Below, piece by piece: positions 1 through 13,424 of a stretch of 57,375 bases of DNA. The stretch is taken from assembly GCF_004010195.1 (NCBI RefSeq), contig NC_057718.1, positions 2,050,122 through 2,107,496 of the forward strand, written 5' to 3'. Numbering within the stretch: position 1 is the first letter of the stretch; each line of letters begins with the position of its first letter. A model generated the notes under the pieces. That model had not been told where the DNA came from and searched no databases. It saw only the letters and a program-made list of their open reading frames with translations. This stretch comes from Chiloscyllium plagiosum (lineage: Eukaryota). Position numbers and translations under genes: made by a program.

Positions 1-315
1 CAGACCCACACCCCATAATAAACCCAGACCCACACCCCACAATAAACCCAGACCCACACCCCATAATAAACTCAGACCCACAACCCACAATAAACCCAGA
101 CCCACACCCCACAATAAACCCAGACCCACAATCCATAATAAACCCAGACCCACACCCCACAATAAACCCAGACCCACAACCCATAATTAACCCAGACCCA
201 CAACCCCATAATTAACCCAGACCCACACCCCATAATAAACCCAGGCCCACACCCCATAATAAACCCAGACCCACACCCCACAATAAACACAGACCCACAC
301 CCCATAATAAACCCA
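1..315. repeat. 24-bp minisatellite (CAGACCCACACCCCATAATAAACC), about 13 copies, runs off the left edge
   Basis: Tandem unit is directly visible with minor variants; it explains ORFs 72..431 and 212..427. Confidence 0.95.
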
Positions 316-1354
316 GAGGCACAACGAGGTGTTTGACTCTTAACAGCATTCTGAAACAGCCCTGGTGGATCATTCCATTTAACGGTAATTTGGGATTGTG
401 GACAAACTCTGATTTTACCAGTGACACTCACATCCCATGAGAGAAAGAGGAAGCATGGTTTGATAATACAACGTCATTGAGAAAACGTACTGCAGAGGTC
501 AAAGGGACAGCCTAATGGAACAGGGCAGACACCAGCAACAGAAGCTGTGGGCACTGATAGGGCTTGGCCCAGGGAGTTCCCTGCATTCTGCCACTGTTTC
601 ATCAGCTGAATGGGTCAGGGTGTACGCGTTTAACCTAAAGTGGCGAGTTGGATTATGATCCTGCCACTGGGTCACTGAGTTCCAGTTGGTTCTGGCAGGC
701 TGTGATTCAGATTCCCACTGGTCAGGTCTTTCAGTATGGAGTCAGTCTCAGTGCCTGTGGGATGGGATATCTAATGCTGTTCCCTTTACACCTGCGGAAA
801 GGAGTCATTGCTGCAGGGTCAGTTTCCTGTGCAGCCCCTCACAACAACACGCCGTGTCAAGGTACATGTCGTGATCTCGACAGTGTCTCAGCGCAGCCTG
901 CTTGAGTTTCAGGAGCTCCTCAGGCTGTTGAGAATAATCCAGTTTGTCCATAAGTGACACCAGCAGCACTCCAACTCTGTCCCTTGGGTATGGCACTAGC
1001 TGTTTGACACAGAAACCTGTATTTAAATATCAGCCAAAGCCCAGAGCCTACTATGGGGAACAGTATCTGCCTGTGTCCGTACACTATTGTATCAACTTCC
1101 AGCTGAGCAGGCAGCCCAGGAACTGGTTCTCTTTGTTTGGAATATTTCATTTTGTACTTTTTGTCCTGTCCAGCTGTTTTCTTTCTGATACACAGACTCT
1201 GCTACATGGTTATTAATATAAATTCATCCCCCCCCCCCCCCCCCCCCCCCCTCCTGCCCCTCCGTGTTAGTTTAGATTACAGATTAGATTACATTACAGT
1301 GTGGAAACAGGCCCTTCAGCCCAGCAAGTCCACACCGACCCGCTGAAGCGTAAG

Positions 1355-2050
1355 GGCTCTCTGTGTTTATTTCAGATTTGCAGCATCTGCAGTATTTTGC
1401 TGAATGAAAAGTCGAAATGACTGGAAAACATCAGCAGGTCTGGCAGCATCTGTGAAGAGAAATCATTGCATTTTGCGTCAGTAACCCTTCCTCAAAACTA
1501 ATAGTAACTTGGAAAATGTTTTTAATGTGAGGATAAGGTGGGAGGGGGAAGGGGAAGTAAGGAGTAAAGAATAGGTGGGAATAGGGCCAAAGAGAGAACA
1601 GCTGGACAGACAAAAGTGTGGATAATGATCAGCTGGGGAAAACAAATAGCTGCTAATGGGGGTTGTTAGTGGATTGTGTGTAATAGCAGACAATGTGGTA
1701 ACAAGGCCTGGTGTGTAGGGGTTGGGGTAAGGACATGGAGAAAGATGAGCCTCATTTCTGATGAAGGGCTCTTGCCCGAAACGTTGATTCTCCTGCTCCT
1801 CAGATGCTGCCTGACCTGCTGAGCTTTTCCAGCAACACACTCTCGACTCTCATCTCCAGCATCTGCTGTCCTCACTTTCAGCTTGGGGAAAGACGTTCAA
1901 GCCCTAAAGTTACTGAACTCGATATTGAGTGCGGAGGGCTGCAGGGTCCCCGAGTGGAAGGTGAGGTGCTGTTCTTCCAGCTTGTGCTGAGCTTCACTGG
2001 AGCACTGCAGCCAGCCTGAGACAGAGATGTTGGCCGGGAACAGGGTGGGG
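1355..2050. mobile_element. Cluster of shark Penelope-derived/SINE-like fragments, including a hammerhead-core element at about 1755-1880
   Basis: The motif 'ctgatgaagggctcttgcccgaaacgttgattctcctgctcctcagatgctgcctgacctgctg' recurs many times in the window; 1400-1750 and 1900-2040 match the reverse complement of 53915-54360. Confidence 0.75.
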
Positions 2051-2182
2051 GGCTGAAGTTCTTTCAGTATTTTGTTAATTTCAGTACCTGCTCGAGAGAT
2101 TAAGTTGTTCTCTGCATGTTGCTGTGTGTCTGATTATCCCATGATACTCCTGCTGGTCAGATAAGTCAGAAATTGCATTGGC

Positions 2183-2396
2183 ATGTGTCTGTGTGCGTGT
2201 GTGTCTGTGTCTGTTTTTGTGTGTGTATCTGTGTGTCTGGGAGTGTCTGCGTCTGTGTGTGTGTGTCTGTGTGTATGAGTGCGTGTGCGTGAGTGTGTAT
2301 CTGCGTGTGTGCATGAGTGTCTCTGTGTGTGTGTGTCTGTGAGTGTCTGCATCTGTGTGTGTGTGTTTGTGTGTGTGTGTATGTGTGTGTGTGTTC
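2183..2396. repeat. Degenerate (GT)n microsatellite
   Basis: Directly visible. Confidence 0.95.
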
Positions 2397-2451
2397 ACAT
2401 TTTTAGAATATCTCTATGCGGACTATGCAGAGTAAGAGTGGGTTTGCAGTT

Positions 2452-2670
2452 TTAGAGTCAAGAGCGTGGTGCTGGAAAAGCACAGCAGGCAACATCTGAG
2501 GAGCAGGAGAGTTGATGTTTCAGCAAAACCCTTTATCAGGAAGCCTGATGAAGGGCTTATGCCCGAAATGTCAATTCTCCTGCTCCTCAGATGCTGACTG
2601 ACCTGCTGCGCTTTTCCAGCACCACACTCTCGACTCTCATCTCCAGCATCTGCTGTCCTCACTCTCTCCT
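2452..2670. mobile_element. Palindromic Penelope-derived short element (family 1)
   Basis: Inverted arms 'gagcgtggtgctggaaaagcacagcagg...' and '...cctgctgcgcttttccagcaccacactctc'; the flank 'ggtttgcag' is repeated on both sides. Confidence 0.8.
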
Positions 2671-4584
2671 GGTTTGCAGCTTTCGTTCAGTGTAGGCTGT
2701 TGCATTCTGTCTGTGGACTCTAAACATTTCCAAACCCTTTTCATCCATTCTTAGAAGAGATGAACTTTGTTCTGATTCTGAAATCAAACAGTAAATACCC
2801 CAGATGCTCCTAATGGAATGACAGCAGCATTCAGCTCTTTAGGAACCCCCATGTGAACAAGGAAGTGAGATCATTAGAATGTTCCTGAGGTTGTAAGAAA
2901 TGTTTCATGGGATTTCAGGCATCTTTGGACAAGATGATAAACCCTGTTCTTTATTCCTATTCTATTTTCTCCATCTAATCAGCCCTCAAACGAATGTACT
3001 CCCTTTCCCCAGATACGATCATGCTTTATCTTCTCCAATAGCTGCTGTGCAGTAAGTACCTCTCAGAAAGTTCAGCTCGACCAGATCCACTGTATTTCCC
3101 AACCCTCATATAGGTTAGCTCCTTCAAAAATACAATCAGCTTTGTCAAGGATAATCTTCCCTTCTGGAAACTTTATTGGATCTTTCTGTGTTCTCTTCAT
3201 CCAGCTATTTAATCATTGACAGGAGGTTACATGGAATGTTCAGCACAAAACTAGGCTCATCTAAGGTAATGGTTGGTGTTTCTGCCTCAGAAAGACCCCC
3301 TCCTATCCCTCTTTATCTAACACTAACACCACATCCTACTGTTTTTTCCACCCTCTTATGTTTATCCTACTTCCCTCTTTAAATACTTCAAGACTGTTCA
3401 CCTCAACTACTCCCAATGGGAGCAGATCCTACATTTTCCCCCCTCCCTGAGAGAATGAGTCCCATATTTGCCCCCATTCCCTATGAGAGTGACTCCCACC
3501 ATGCCCAACTTCCTGTGGGAGCAAGTCTCACATTCTTCTCAATTTCAGTGGGAGTGAATCTCCCATTCTCCAGAATTCGAGAGTGGATTTCTTGGTGACT
3601 GCCTTAAATCAACATTCTATCCCAGCCCTAACCAGTGAAATCCCTTCTCTACATCTCTCCAAGTGATCATATTGTCACGAAGGCCTCCAAGAGGTCATCC
3701 CGAAGCATTCCCTAACTATAGCCCTCCTTGTTCAGCATTTCCTCACTCTAATTAATACATAGGATGTAGGTGTCGCTGGTTGGGCCAATATTTATTGCTA
3801 AGGGTAGGATGGTGAGTGGATAAGCACAGCCCGGCGATGCACTACCTTTATGACAAGAGGAGCAAGTTTTAATTACATTGTCAATAAAAATCTTAAGATT
3901 TGATTTGTTTTGATTTATTACTGTCACATGTACCTCAGTACAGTGAAATGTTTTGTTGTGCGTACAGTACAGGCAGACCATCCTGTACAAACTACATTAG
4001 GGTAACAGAACAAAGCAGGGACTACAATATTACAGCAGCAGAGAAGGTGCACAGACAGTGAAATCAATATTAAATTTAAAATTAGAGAAGTCCATTCAAA
4101 AGCCAAATAGCAGCGGGAAAGAAGCTGATCTTGAATCTGTTGTAATAATCACCAAAAGCAGAACAGGGAGATGTTGCTGGATATCAATGCTACCACTTCC
4201 TGCTAAAGTCTGAAAGTTTTTTGCTGCAAGTTGTATATTAAGTGATGTTTTCTTGCAAAAAGCTGTTTAATTCACATCAACCCCATCCTGAAAGCAAAAG
4301 AGAGTCCAATGTTCTCCTCCGGTTGCTGCTGCTGGTTTTGTCTGGAGAGTTACAGTTATAGAGTCATAGAGATGTACAGCAAGGAAACAAACTCTTCGGT
4401 CCAACCCGTCCATGCTAACCAGTTATCCCAACCATGAGTTGCAGTCACTCAAACAGCGTCCTGAGGAGGTCACCCACGAAGCAAAGGGCTCAGAGAATGT
4501 CTCCACCACAGTCTTGGTCAGAGACAAAAAAAAATTGCCGATGCGGGAATCCAAAATAGACAGGCAGGAGGCTGAGAGAACACA

Positions 4585-4797
4585 GCACACCAGGCAGCAT
4601 CAGGAGGGAGAGGGACACAGCAAGGCAGGCAGCATCAGGAGGGAGGGGGAACACAGCAAGGCAGGCAGCATCAGGAGGGAGAGGAACACAGCAAGGCAGG
4701 CAGCATCAGGAGGGAGGGGGAACACAGCAAGGCAGGCAGCATCAGGAGGGTGAGGGAACACAGCAAGGCAGGCAGCATCAGGAGGGAGAGGGATACA
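4585..4797. repeat. About 29-30-bp minisatellite (GGAACACAGCAAGGCAGGCAGCATCAGGAGG), about 7 copies
   Basis: Directly visible; the unit resembles part of the family-1 short element. Confidence 0.9.
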
Positions 4798-5619
4798 GCC
4801 TTTATTCTGGAGCCAAGCACTGGACCCCGGGTCACTGACCACCTTCAGCGTTTAGATGGATATTTAATCCTCAAACAGCTGCCCAAGATCACAATGGGGG
4901 CAGTTTTACTGAGCTCCCCCACCTCACCCCACCAGCTGATTGGAGGGTGGAGGGGGCCACAAAAATAAAATGGATGTGCTTCTGCTCTCACTCCATCCTG
5001 ACCCCTGACCTGTTCCTTATTGCAGTGGCTGGGGTGGGGTGTTGGGGAACTCATCAACCCCGATTCCTCTCCATTGTGTACACCACTCTCCTCTCCTACC
5101 TCTCCAACCCACCCTGCCCACATACATTGGGATCCCTGATCTTCCAAAATTGCTAAACCCTCCTCTTTGTCAACTGCAATGCCATCTAATCTAGTCGCCT
5201 GTATCTCCGTGTTCTCACTAACATTGCCCTTTTCCAATGTGAATACTGACAAAAATTATTCATTAATCCCTATATCCTCAGATTCCACACGCAACTTTCC
5301 ACTACTGTCTTTGATTGGTCCTAATCTTATTCTAGTCATTCTTTTATTCCTGATTTACCTATAGAAGGCCTTAGAGCATTCCTTGATCTTATCCACCAAC
5401 AACTTCTCATGTCTCCTCCTGGCTCTTCTTAGCTCTCTCTTTAGATCTTTTCTGGCTAACGTTTAACTCTCAAGCTTACTGAGCCTTCACGCCATCTCTA
5501 ATGTTGTTAAGGACTACAGAAGCGATATGTTGCTTAGATGATCTAAGAGGGACATTGGAAGTAATAACAAACTTTGTAGAATTGTCAGTGCTTTGAACTA
5601 TCAATGACCCCACTGACCT

Positions 5620-6330
5620 CCAACACCAACTGTATTGGTGGAGTTGTGGATTGTGAGAATGTTGTCAAAGGTTACAGCAGGATAAAGATCATTTGGAAAG
5701 TTGGCCAGAAAAATACCAGATGGAGTTCTGGTTGTTGCACGATAGAAGGATGTAGAAGCCTTTCTAAACTTTCTAAACCATCTGCTTGCACATGGTCCAT
5801 ATCCCTCTGCTGCCTGCCAGTTCATGTGTCTGTGTAAATGCCTCTTAAACATTGCCAGGAGATTATGCAAAAGTGGTTCACCAGGATGTCATCTGGATTT
5901 GTGTTTATTAGCTACAAGGAGAAGGTGGATACACTTGGATTGTTTTCACTGGAGTGTCAGATGCTGCAGGGTGACCTGACAGAAGTTTATAAAGTTTTTA
6001 AGGGGATGGATAGGATGGGTAGTCACAGAATCGTTCCCAGAGTAGAAATATTTAGTACTAGGGGCATAAATTTAAGGTGAAAAGGGGTAAGTTTAAAGGA
6101 GGTGTGCAAGAAAAGTTTTCTACACGAGGGTGGTAGGTACCTTGAATGTGCTGCTGGGGGAGACGGTAGCAGCAGATACAACAGTAAGGTTTAAGTGTCA
6201 TTTAGACAGAGACATGAACAGGCAGGGAACAGAGGGATATGGACCATGTGCAAGCAGATGGCATCCTGGTCAGCACAGACATGGCAGACCGAAGGGCCTG
6301 TTTTTGTCCTGTTCTATGTTCTATGCATCC
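5620..6330 (+). mobile_element. Decayed CR1/L2-clade LINE 3' fragments
   Basis: The translation LGLFSLECQMLQGDLTEVYKVFKG matches the conserved C-terminal motif of CR1 ORF2. Confidence 0.8.
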
Positions 6331-6709
6331 TCCCCTCCTCATACCCTTCCACACTAAATTTCATTTGAGAATTACAAACTGATCCTGTCAAGTTTATTCA
6401 CATCTTCCTGTCTTTTGTCACAATCACCCTCTGCATCAAGCCCCAATCCCAATCAACCTACAATTATCCACAAAGTTTGAAAGTTTGTTGTCAGTTCCTG
6501 TGTTCTAATTGGAAGATATTGCATTCTCTACATTACCTCTGTCCACTCCTCCATATCCCACTAAAACAAATGGAAAACACCACAGTGGTCAAAGTATCTG
6601 ATCTACAGTTACCTTCACCAAAACTATCTCTGTATTTGACCATGGGTACGACATTGGCTGCTCTCTGCATTTGTAAATTGAAACATTCTTGATGAAAAGC
6701 TTATGCTCG

Positions 6710-7900
6710 AAACATAGAACATTACAGCGCAGTACAGACCCTTCGGCCCTCGATGTTGCACCGACCTGTGAAATTAATCTGATGCCCATCTAACCTGCAC
6801 TGTTCCATTATTATCCAGATGTTTGTCCAATGCCCATTTAAATGTTGTTAACATCGGTAAGTCTACTACCACTGCAGGTAGGCCATTCCACGCCCCAACA
6901 AGTCTCTGGGTAAAGAAAATACCCCTGATATCTGTCCTAAATCTATCAACCCTCTGTTTAAAGCTATGTCCCCTTGTACTAGCCATCACCATCCGAGGAA
7001 AAAGGCTCTCACTGTCCACCCTATCTAACCCTTTGATTACCTTATACGTCTCAATTAAGTCACCTCTCAACCTTCTTCTCTCCAATGAAAACAGCCTCAG
7101 TTCCCTCAGCTTTTCCACGTAAGACCTTCCCTCCATACCAGGCAACGTCCTAGTAAATCTCCTCTGAACCCTTTCCAAAGCTTCCACACCCTTCCTATAA
7201 TGCGGTGACCAGAACTGTACGCAATACTCCAGGTGGGGCCTTACAGTGCCTTGTACAGCTGAAGCATGACCTCGTGGCTCCGAAACTCAATCCCCCGACC
7301 AATAAACACCAACACTCCATATGCCTTCTTAATAACCCTATCAACCTGGGTGGCAACTTTCAGGGATTTATGAACCTGGGCATTGAGATCTACACTGCCA
7401 AGAATTTTACCATTAGCCAAGTACTCTGCATTCCTGTTATTTCTTCTGAAGTGAACTATCTCACACTTTTCTGCATTAAACTCCATATGCCACTTCTCCG
7501 CCCAGCTCTGCAGCTTATCTACGTCCCTCTGTAACCCACAATATCCTTCAGCACTATCCACAGCTCTGCCTACCTTAGTGTCAACAGCAAATTTACTAAC
7601 CCATCCTTCCGCGTCCATATCCAGATCATTTATAAAAATGACAAACAGCAGTGGCCCCAGAACAAATCCTTGCGGCATACCACTGGTAACTGAGCTCCAG
7701 GATGAACATTTCCCATCAACCACCACCCTCTGTCTTCTTTCAGCTAGCCAACTTCTGATCCACTCCACTAAATCACCCTCAATCCCATGTCTCTGTATTT
7801 TGTGCAATAGCCTACCGTGGGGAACCTTATCAAACACCTTACTGCAATCCATATACACCACCTCCACTGCCTTACCTTCACCCAGCTGTGTTGTCACCTT
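6710..7900 (-). mobile_element. CR1 LINE 3' portion (RT domain plus C-terminus), frameshifted
   Basis: ORF 7241..7897 (VYMDCSKVFDKVPHGRLL, GMPQGFVLGPLLFVIFINDL, KFAVDTK) and ORF 6774..7187 (LFSLERRRLRGDLIETYK). Confidence 0.95.
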
Positions 7901-8214
7901 TCTCTGTTGAAACTACAATGTTGGAGGCTGAAACAAATAAGCAGTTTAAAACAAAAACCCACTTAACCCTTCACTCGGCTCCCCCTCAGCACATTTTACT
8001 TCCTGCCGGTAAACCTTAAAGTATTTCATCCCCACAGTGCAATGAATTCCCACTTTCCACCAAAATCCCAGATGTACCCACTCACTCAGTTGCTGCCTCA
8101 CAAATGAAAGATTTCATTGTAACTTCTTCTGCTCCCAGTAAGGGCAAAACATCTTTGAAAGCTGCTCTGCAAGTCCAGTTTTCACAACCACACTTCTGCT
8201 ATCACCAAAGACGA

Positions 8215-9260
8215 TTAGAGTCATACAGCATGGAAACAGACCCTTTGGTCCAAAGTTTGTGCGAAGATTTGTAGCTCGTTGTTGTGGTTCTGTTCGCCGA
8301 GCTGGAAGTTTTTGTTGCAAACATTTCGTCCCCTGGCTAGGCGACATCATCAGTGCTTGGGAGCCTCCTGCGAAGCGCTTCTGTGGTGTTTCCTCCGGTG
8401 TTTATAGTGGCCTGTCCCTGCCGCTTCCGGTTGTCAGTTTCAGCTGTCCGCTGTAGTGGTTGGTATATTGGTCCAACTTGTCCATGCTGATCACATATCC
8501 CAAATAATCTCGTCCCAGTCATCAGCATTTGTCCCATATCCCTTTAAATCCCACTCCCCCTAATTCACGCACTCATCCAGATACCCTCCAACTGCCGCAA
8601 CTGCACCAGCCCCCACCATCTCCCCTTGCAGCCCACTCCACACATACACCACCCTCAGCGCGAAAAAGCTGCCCCTCAGGTCCCATTTAAATCACTCGCC
8701 TCTCACCTCAAAAATATGCCCTCTAGTTTAGGATTCCCCTAACATGGGGAAAAGACCCTGGGTGTTCACCCAATCCATGCCCCTTACAAACATCTATAAG
8801 GTCACCCCTCAGCCTTCAATGCTCCAGGGAAAATATCTCTGGCCTGTTCAGCCTCTCCCTGTAGCTCAAACTTTCCAAATCTGGCAACTGCTTTGTAAAT
8901 CTTTTCCCACACCTTTCAAAGTTTCACAACATCTTCCCTATAACAGGGAGACCAGAACTGAACACAATATTCCAAATGTGACCGAACCAATGTCCTGTAC
9001 AGCTGCAACATGACCTCCCAACTCCTGTACTCAATACTCTGACCAATAAAGGAAAGCATACCAAATGCCTTCTTCACTATCCTATCTACCTGGGACTCCA
9101 CTTTCAAGGAGCTATGAACCTGCACTCCAAGGTCTCTTTGTTCTGCAGCACACTCCTTAACTGTGTCAGTCCTGCATGGATTGCTTGACCAAAAGGCAAC
9201 ACTCACATTTCTCTAAATTAAAGTCCATCTGCCACTCCTCAGCCCATTGACCCATCCAAT
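8215..9260 (-). mobile_element. CR1 LINE 3' fragment interrupted by a Penelope-like fragment (about 8258-8470)
   Basis: ORF 8916..9206 (RDLGVQVHSSLKV...LYRTLVRSHLEYCVQFWSP); the insert is near-identical to 41410-41600 and 'ttggtccaa' appears on both sides. Confidence 0.85.
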
Positions 9261-10289
9261 CAATTCCAAAAACATTGACTCTCTTACTCCTCAGATGCTG
9301 CCTGAGCGGCTGTACTTTTCCAGCTTTTTGACTCTGCTCTCTGTATTTGTAAATTAAAACACTTCATTCATCATTTCAGTACAAAACCACTCACTGGGCT
9401 TTCTCTTGTTACTGCCCTCTCCCTCTAAGCAACAACATTCAATGTGAATCTGTTTAAATTGGTCCATTTTAAAGGGTAGCTTTTAAAACATTCATCATAT
9501 TTTTTTCCTGACTTATTTCAAATGGATTTAAAAAAAATTCTATCAAATGATGTCTGCATCACTGGCTGGGCCAGAATTTGTTGCCCGTCCCTAGTTGCCC
9601 CTTGAGAAGATGGGGGTGAGCTACCTTCTTGAACTGCTGCAGTCCATGTGCTGTGGGATGATCCACAATGCTCTTAGGGAGGGAATTCCAGGATTCTGAC
9701 CCAGTGAGAGTGAAGGAACGGTGATCTATTTCGAAGTCAGGATGGGGAATGTTGACTGATTCAAAAATGGTTATTTCTACACAGCTGACTGCTGTCAATG
9801 GTGTAGGGTGCTGGGAGTATCACTGAACAGTATAAGTTCTCTAGTACAGTGTGGAGTTTGGGAGTGGAGTCAGTATTGTGGGGTGGGGTGAATATTAACA
9901 TTGTGGGAGGGAGGGTGTGAGTCAGCAGATGACTCCTCTTGCTCATTCTGTGTTGCCCTCCTGGATGGTTCACATAACCTTGCCAGCTGCACAATCTCCT
10001 CACATCCTTCACAGCCCTGGAACTGACTCGGACAACTGAAGCCATTTCTGACAGAGAAAAGGTCTCAGTCTGTCCAACGCTAACTGCTGATGGAAAGTTT
10101 ACCACGACCTTATTCCAGAGATTCCAACAATTGGTCAGATGCAAATTTCAGATCCAAGTGTTTAATTTATCCCGCACCTTTGTCACCTCTATTTATGTAA
10201 CATTTTCTTTTCAATGTTAATTGAACCATATTTATTAAAGAATGACAAGTATCAAAAGTGGACTGATTGCACAGTATTAATCTTACATT

Positions 10290-10620
10290 GGGCAGCACGG
10301 TGGCTCAGTGGTTAGAGCTGCTGCCTCACAGCGTCAGGGACCCAGGTTCGATTCCAGCCTCAGGTGACTGTCTGTGTGGAGTTTCTCCCCCTGTCTGCGT
10401 GGGTTTCCTCCGGGTACTCCGGTTTCCTCCCACAATCCAATCCAAAGATGTACAGGTTAGGTGAATTGGCCATGCCAGATTTCCCATGGTGTTCAGGGAT
10501 GAGTAGGTGAGGTGCATTAGTCAGGGACCAATGCAGAGTTACAGGGTTGGGAAATTGGTTTGGTTGGGATACTCTTCGGGGGGGTCAGTGTGGCCTGTTT
10601 CCACACTGCAGGCATTCCAT
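10290..10620 (+). mobile_element. HE1-like tRNA-derived SINE (elasmobranch V-SINE)
   Basis: A-box TGGCTCAGTGG, B-box GGTTCGATTCC, then the V-domain-like core 'gtctgcgtgggtttcctccgggtactccggtttcctcccaca'. Confidence 0.85.
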
Positions 10621-10639
10621 GATACAAATGTAAACATGA

Positions 10640-12080
10640 TAAAACTAAATGAACATTAATGATGAGTGGGAAGTGATTAATGAATGAAGGATGCAGGGTC
10701 AGACATTAAAACCCATGGGGTGCAGGGAGCTGAGAGCCTTGGATGGACATGTGAATGAATCAATGAGAGGGCAGGTTCAGAGAGCAGTTAAAAAGATACA
10801 AACTTCTGGGCTTTATTAATCGGGTGATAGAAAAAAAGAGCAATGAATTTAGTTCAAGCTGTATTAAACACTAGTGGAGCACTGTATCCAGTTCTGGATT
10901 CCACACTTTCAAAGAGTATGAGGGCTTTGGAGATGGTCCAGCAAGGATTGATAAGAATGGCCTCAAGGCTGAGGAACATCAGGGAGGTGGAGAGATTGGT
11001 GGGGCTGTGACTGCTCTCTGGAGAAGAGAAGGTGGGAAGGAGATCTGATCAGGGTGTTCAAAATCAAGGTGTTCAGTACAATGAGGAGTCTGGACAGAAT
11101 GACAGGGAGAAACATCTCATTAGTGCAAGGATTGAGATTTAGGTGTAAGGTGATTGGCCAAAGAAGCAATTGCGATAAGACGACTAACCTTTTCACCCAG
11201 CGAGTAGTGAGGGTCTGGAATACCCAGCCTGGAAACGTGGTGGAGGCAGGTTCAACTGAGGCAGTGAAGAGGGCCTTTGATGATCAGCCTGAGAAAAACC
11301 ACATTGTAGAGCCACGGGCAAAAGGCAGAGCAGTGGCACTTGGTGAATTGTTCATGTCAGTGTTGGCATGTTGGCCTGGATGGCTTCCTTCTGTTATGTG
11401 ACCATTCGATGATTAAGATCAGAGGAACATTCAGCCCCTCAATCCTGCTCTACTATTCCAGAATTTGGCTGACCATCGGCTCTAACACCATTTTCTGTGA
11501 TTCATGAGTAAATAGAAATCTATTGATCTCTGGCTTGAAATTACTCGATAATTTCACAGCTCTTCCTCTGGAAGAGTGAATACCAAAGATTCACCAGCCT
11601 CTGACTGTGTCACCTGGTCAGTCCCTACTGTCAGGCCAACATCCTTCCAGTACTGAGCTTGTCTCGCCCTATAAGAATATTGTTCATTTCTATAAGATCA
11701 CCTCTCATTGTTCCAAACTCTCGAGATTACAGACCAAGTCTCTTCAATCTCTCTTCATGTGACAGTCCCACCATCGCAGGGGTCAGTCTAATGAACCTCT
11801 GCAGCAAGACTATCCTTCCTCAGGCAAAGGGACCAGTAGTGCTCGCAATATTCCAGCAGCACTTCCACTAGCGTTTTCTACAACTGAAGCAAGACCATGC
11901 TGTTGCTATGATGGACACTAACATTCCTTTAAGTTTAGTATTGCTGGTTCCATCTCCATGCTAGCTTTCAATGACTTACAAAGGCATCCAGCTCCCTTCG
12001 GACACCAACACAATCTCTCATCGTTTAAGAAATAATCTGCACCTTTCTTCCTCCTGCTGAAGTGGATAACCTCATGTCAC
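10640..12080. mobile_element. Old CR1 fragments (+ strand about 10640-11420; - strand about 11420-12080)
   Basis: FTQRVVRVWN motif in ORF 11054..11401; reverse-complement CR1 3' sequence downstream. Confidence 0.7.
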
Positions 12081-12559
12081 ACTCTGACAAATGCTTGGTT
12101 CTTGTTTATGTGTGGGATAAACGGACTCCCTTTAATCCAATTGCTTCTGCACAAACTCAGCAAAAGATTAAATCCAGATGTGAAAGTGACACTTTGCAAG
12201 CCACAGTTAAAAATAACCCTTTGCTCAAAATAACTCAAGCTTCCTTTTTATCTTTAACGTTTCATTGTAAATTATTTCAAACCTAGCAATGTAATCCAGG
12301 CTAGTACACACAGTACAGTACAGTACAGTGCCTGGCTTCCATCACATTGGTGATTAAACAGAGGCTCCTCTCTAATAATTTCTAATAATAGAAGGTTTTT
12401 AAATGTCCTTTGGTTACTTTCGATACATTTTGTGCTGGTGTAGTAAACTCTTCCATGGTTATGTGACTGTCACGGGGGGAGGGGGGAGGTGAGGTCCACC
12501 CAGGAACCATGTTGTCTGTTGCTCCCAGGGCTGTAAGTTGTGTCTCAATGAGGCTGCCA

Positions 12560-13190
12560 CCCAATCACAAAGACTCAGGTTTGAACATGTCACCTGAGAA
12601 TTCAGCAGGTAGTCCACGCTGATGCGCCAGTGTGGTACAGGAGGAGGCCATCCTTTTGAATGAAACAAACTCTTCTCAGAACCCTGACTGATACTTCTGT
12701 GTCAACCGATATTTTGGCCATTTTCTCATTGCTGATTGTGGGATCTTGCTGTGCACAGGCTGGTTCCCATCAGAAAGGTAGAAGATGAGGACAATGCAGT
12801 GTTTCCCCCTCCCCCTGAACGAAGTGCCATCACCATCATTAGAGACATACGATCAGATGACCTAATGGGGCTAAAGGCAGAGATGTCCTCTGGCCCTAAT
12901 GACTTGCAGCCCATAAGACGGAGCTGCAGAGAGACAGTGGGTGCATTGGTTGTAATTTTGAAACAATCCTTCGATGGCCTTGCCCTGCTCCTACATCGTG
13001 CAGTGTTCTGGATTCGAGAGGAGGGTGCTTCCCACTAACTGCCAGCCAGTCCCTGTACTAACCGGGGGAGTGCTGCACTGCCAGACATGCTGTGGTGTTA
13101 AACCAAGGTTCCTGCCTACCCTGGCAGGGGGAAGCTAAGAATGCTGTGGCAATAATTCAATAAGGAGCAGGGGAACTCTGCCCGGTGCCT
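12560..13190 (+). mobile_element. Deu-domain SINE (SacSINE/AmnSINE-like) fragments around a short CR1 piece
   Basis: 'cattgctgattgtgggatcttgctgtgcaca' and 'gggagtgctgcactg...gttaaaccaagg' resemble the Deu-SINE consensus as I recall it. Confidence 0.6.
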
Positions 13191-13424
13191 GTGATGTGGA
13201 GGATATGTTGTGCTTATGTTATCTTTCAATTGTAAAAAAACCTAGGATATGGGTAATGTGCTATTGAAAGATTCAACAATGCTTATTACAGCTGGTTATT
13301 ATAGACATACAATCACATTCACAGCAACATCACTGTTTGGGCTAACCTTAAGCTATTAGCTGACACTGAGCATCATGCTTTCAATGGAGTGTCATGCTCC
13401 TGGTGATTGGAGGTAAAGTGGAAC

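Noticed and set aside
10139-10146. Octamer ATGCAAAT (Ig promoter motif)
   Set aside because: A single 8-mer is expected by chance in a window of this size, it is 8 kb from V1, and no leader exon is adjacent.
10290-10365. tRNA gene
   Set aside because: The A/B boxes run directly into the SINE body, so this is a SINE head.
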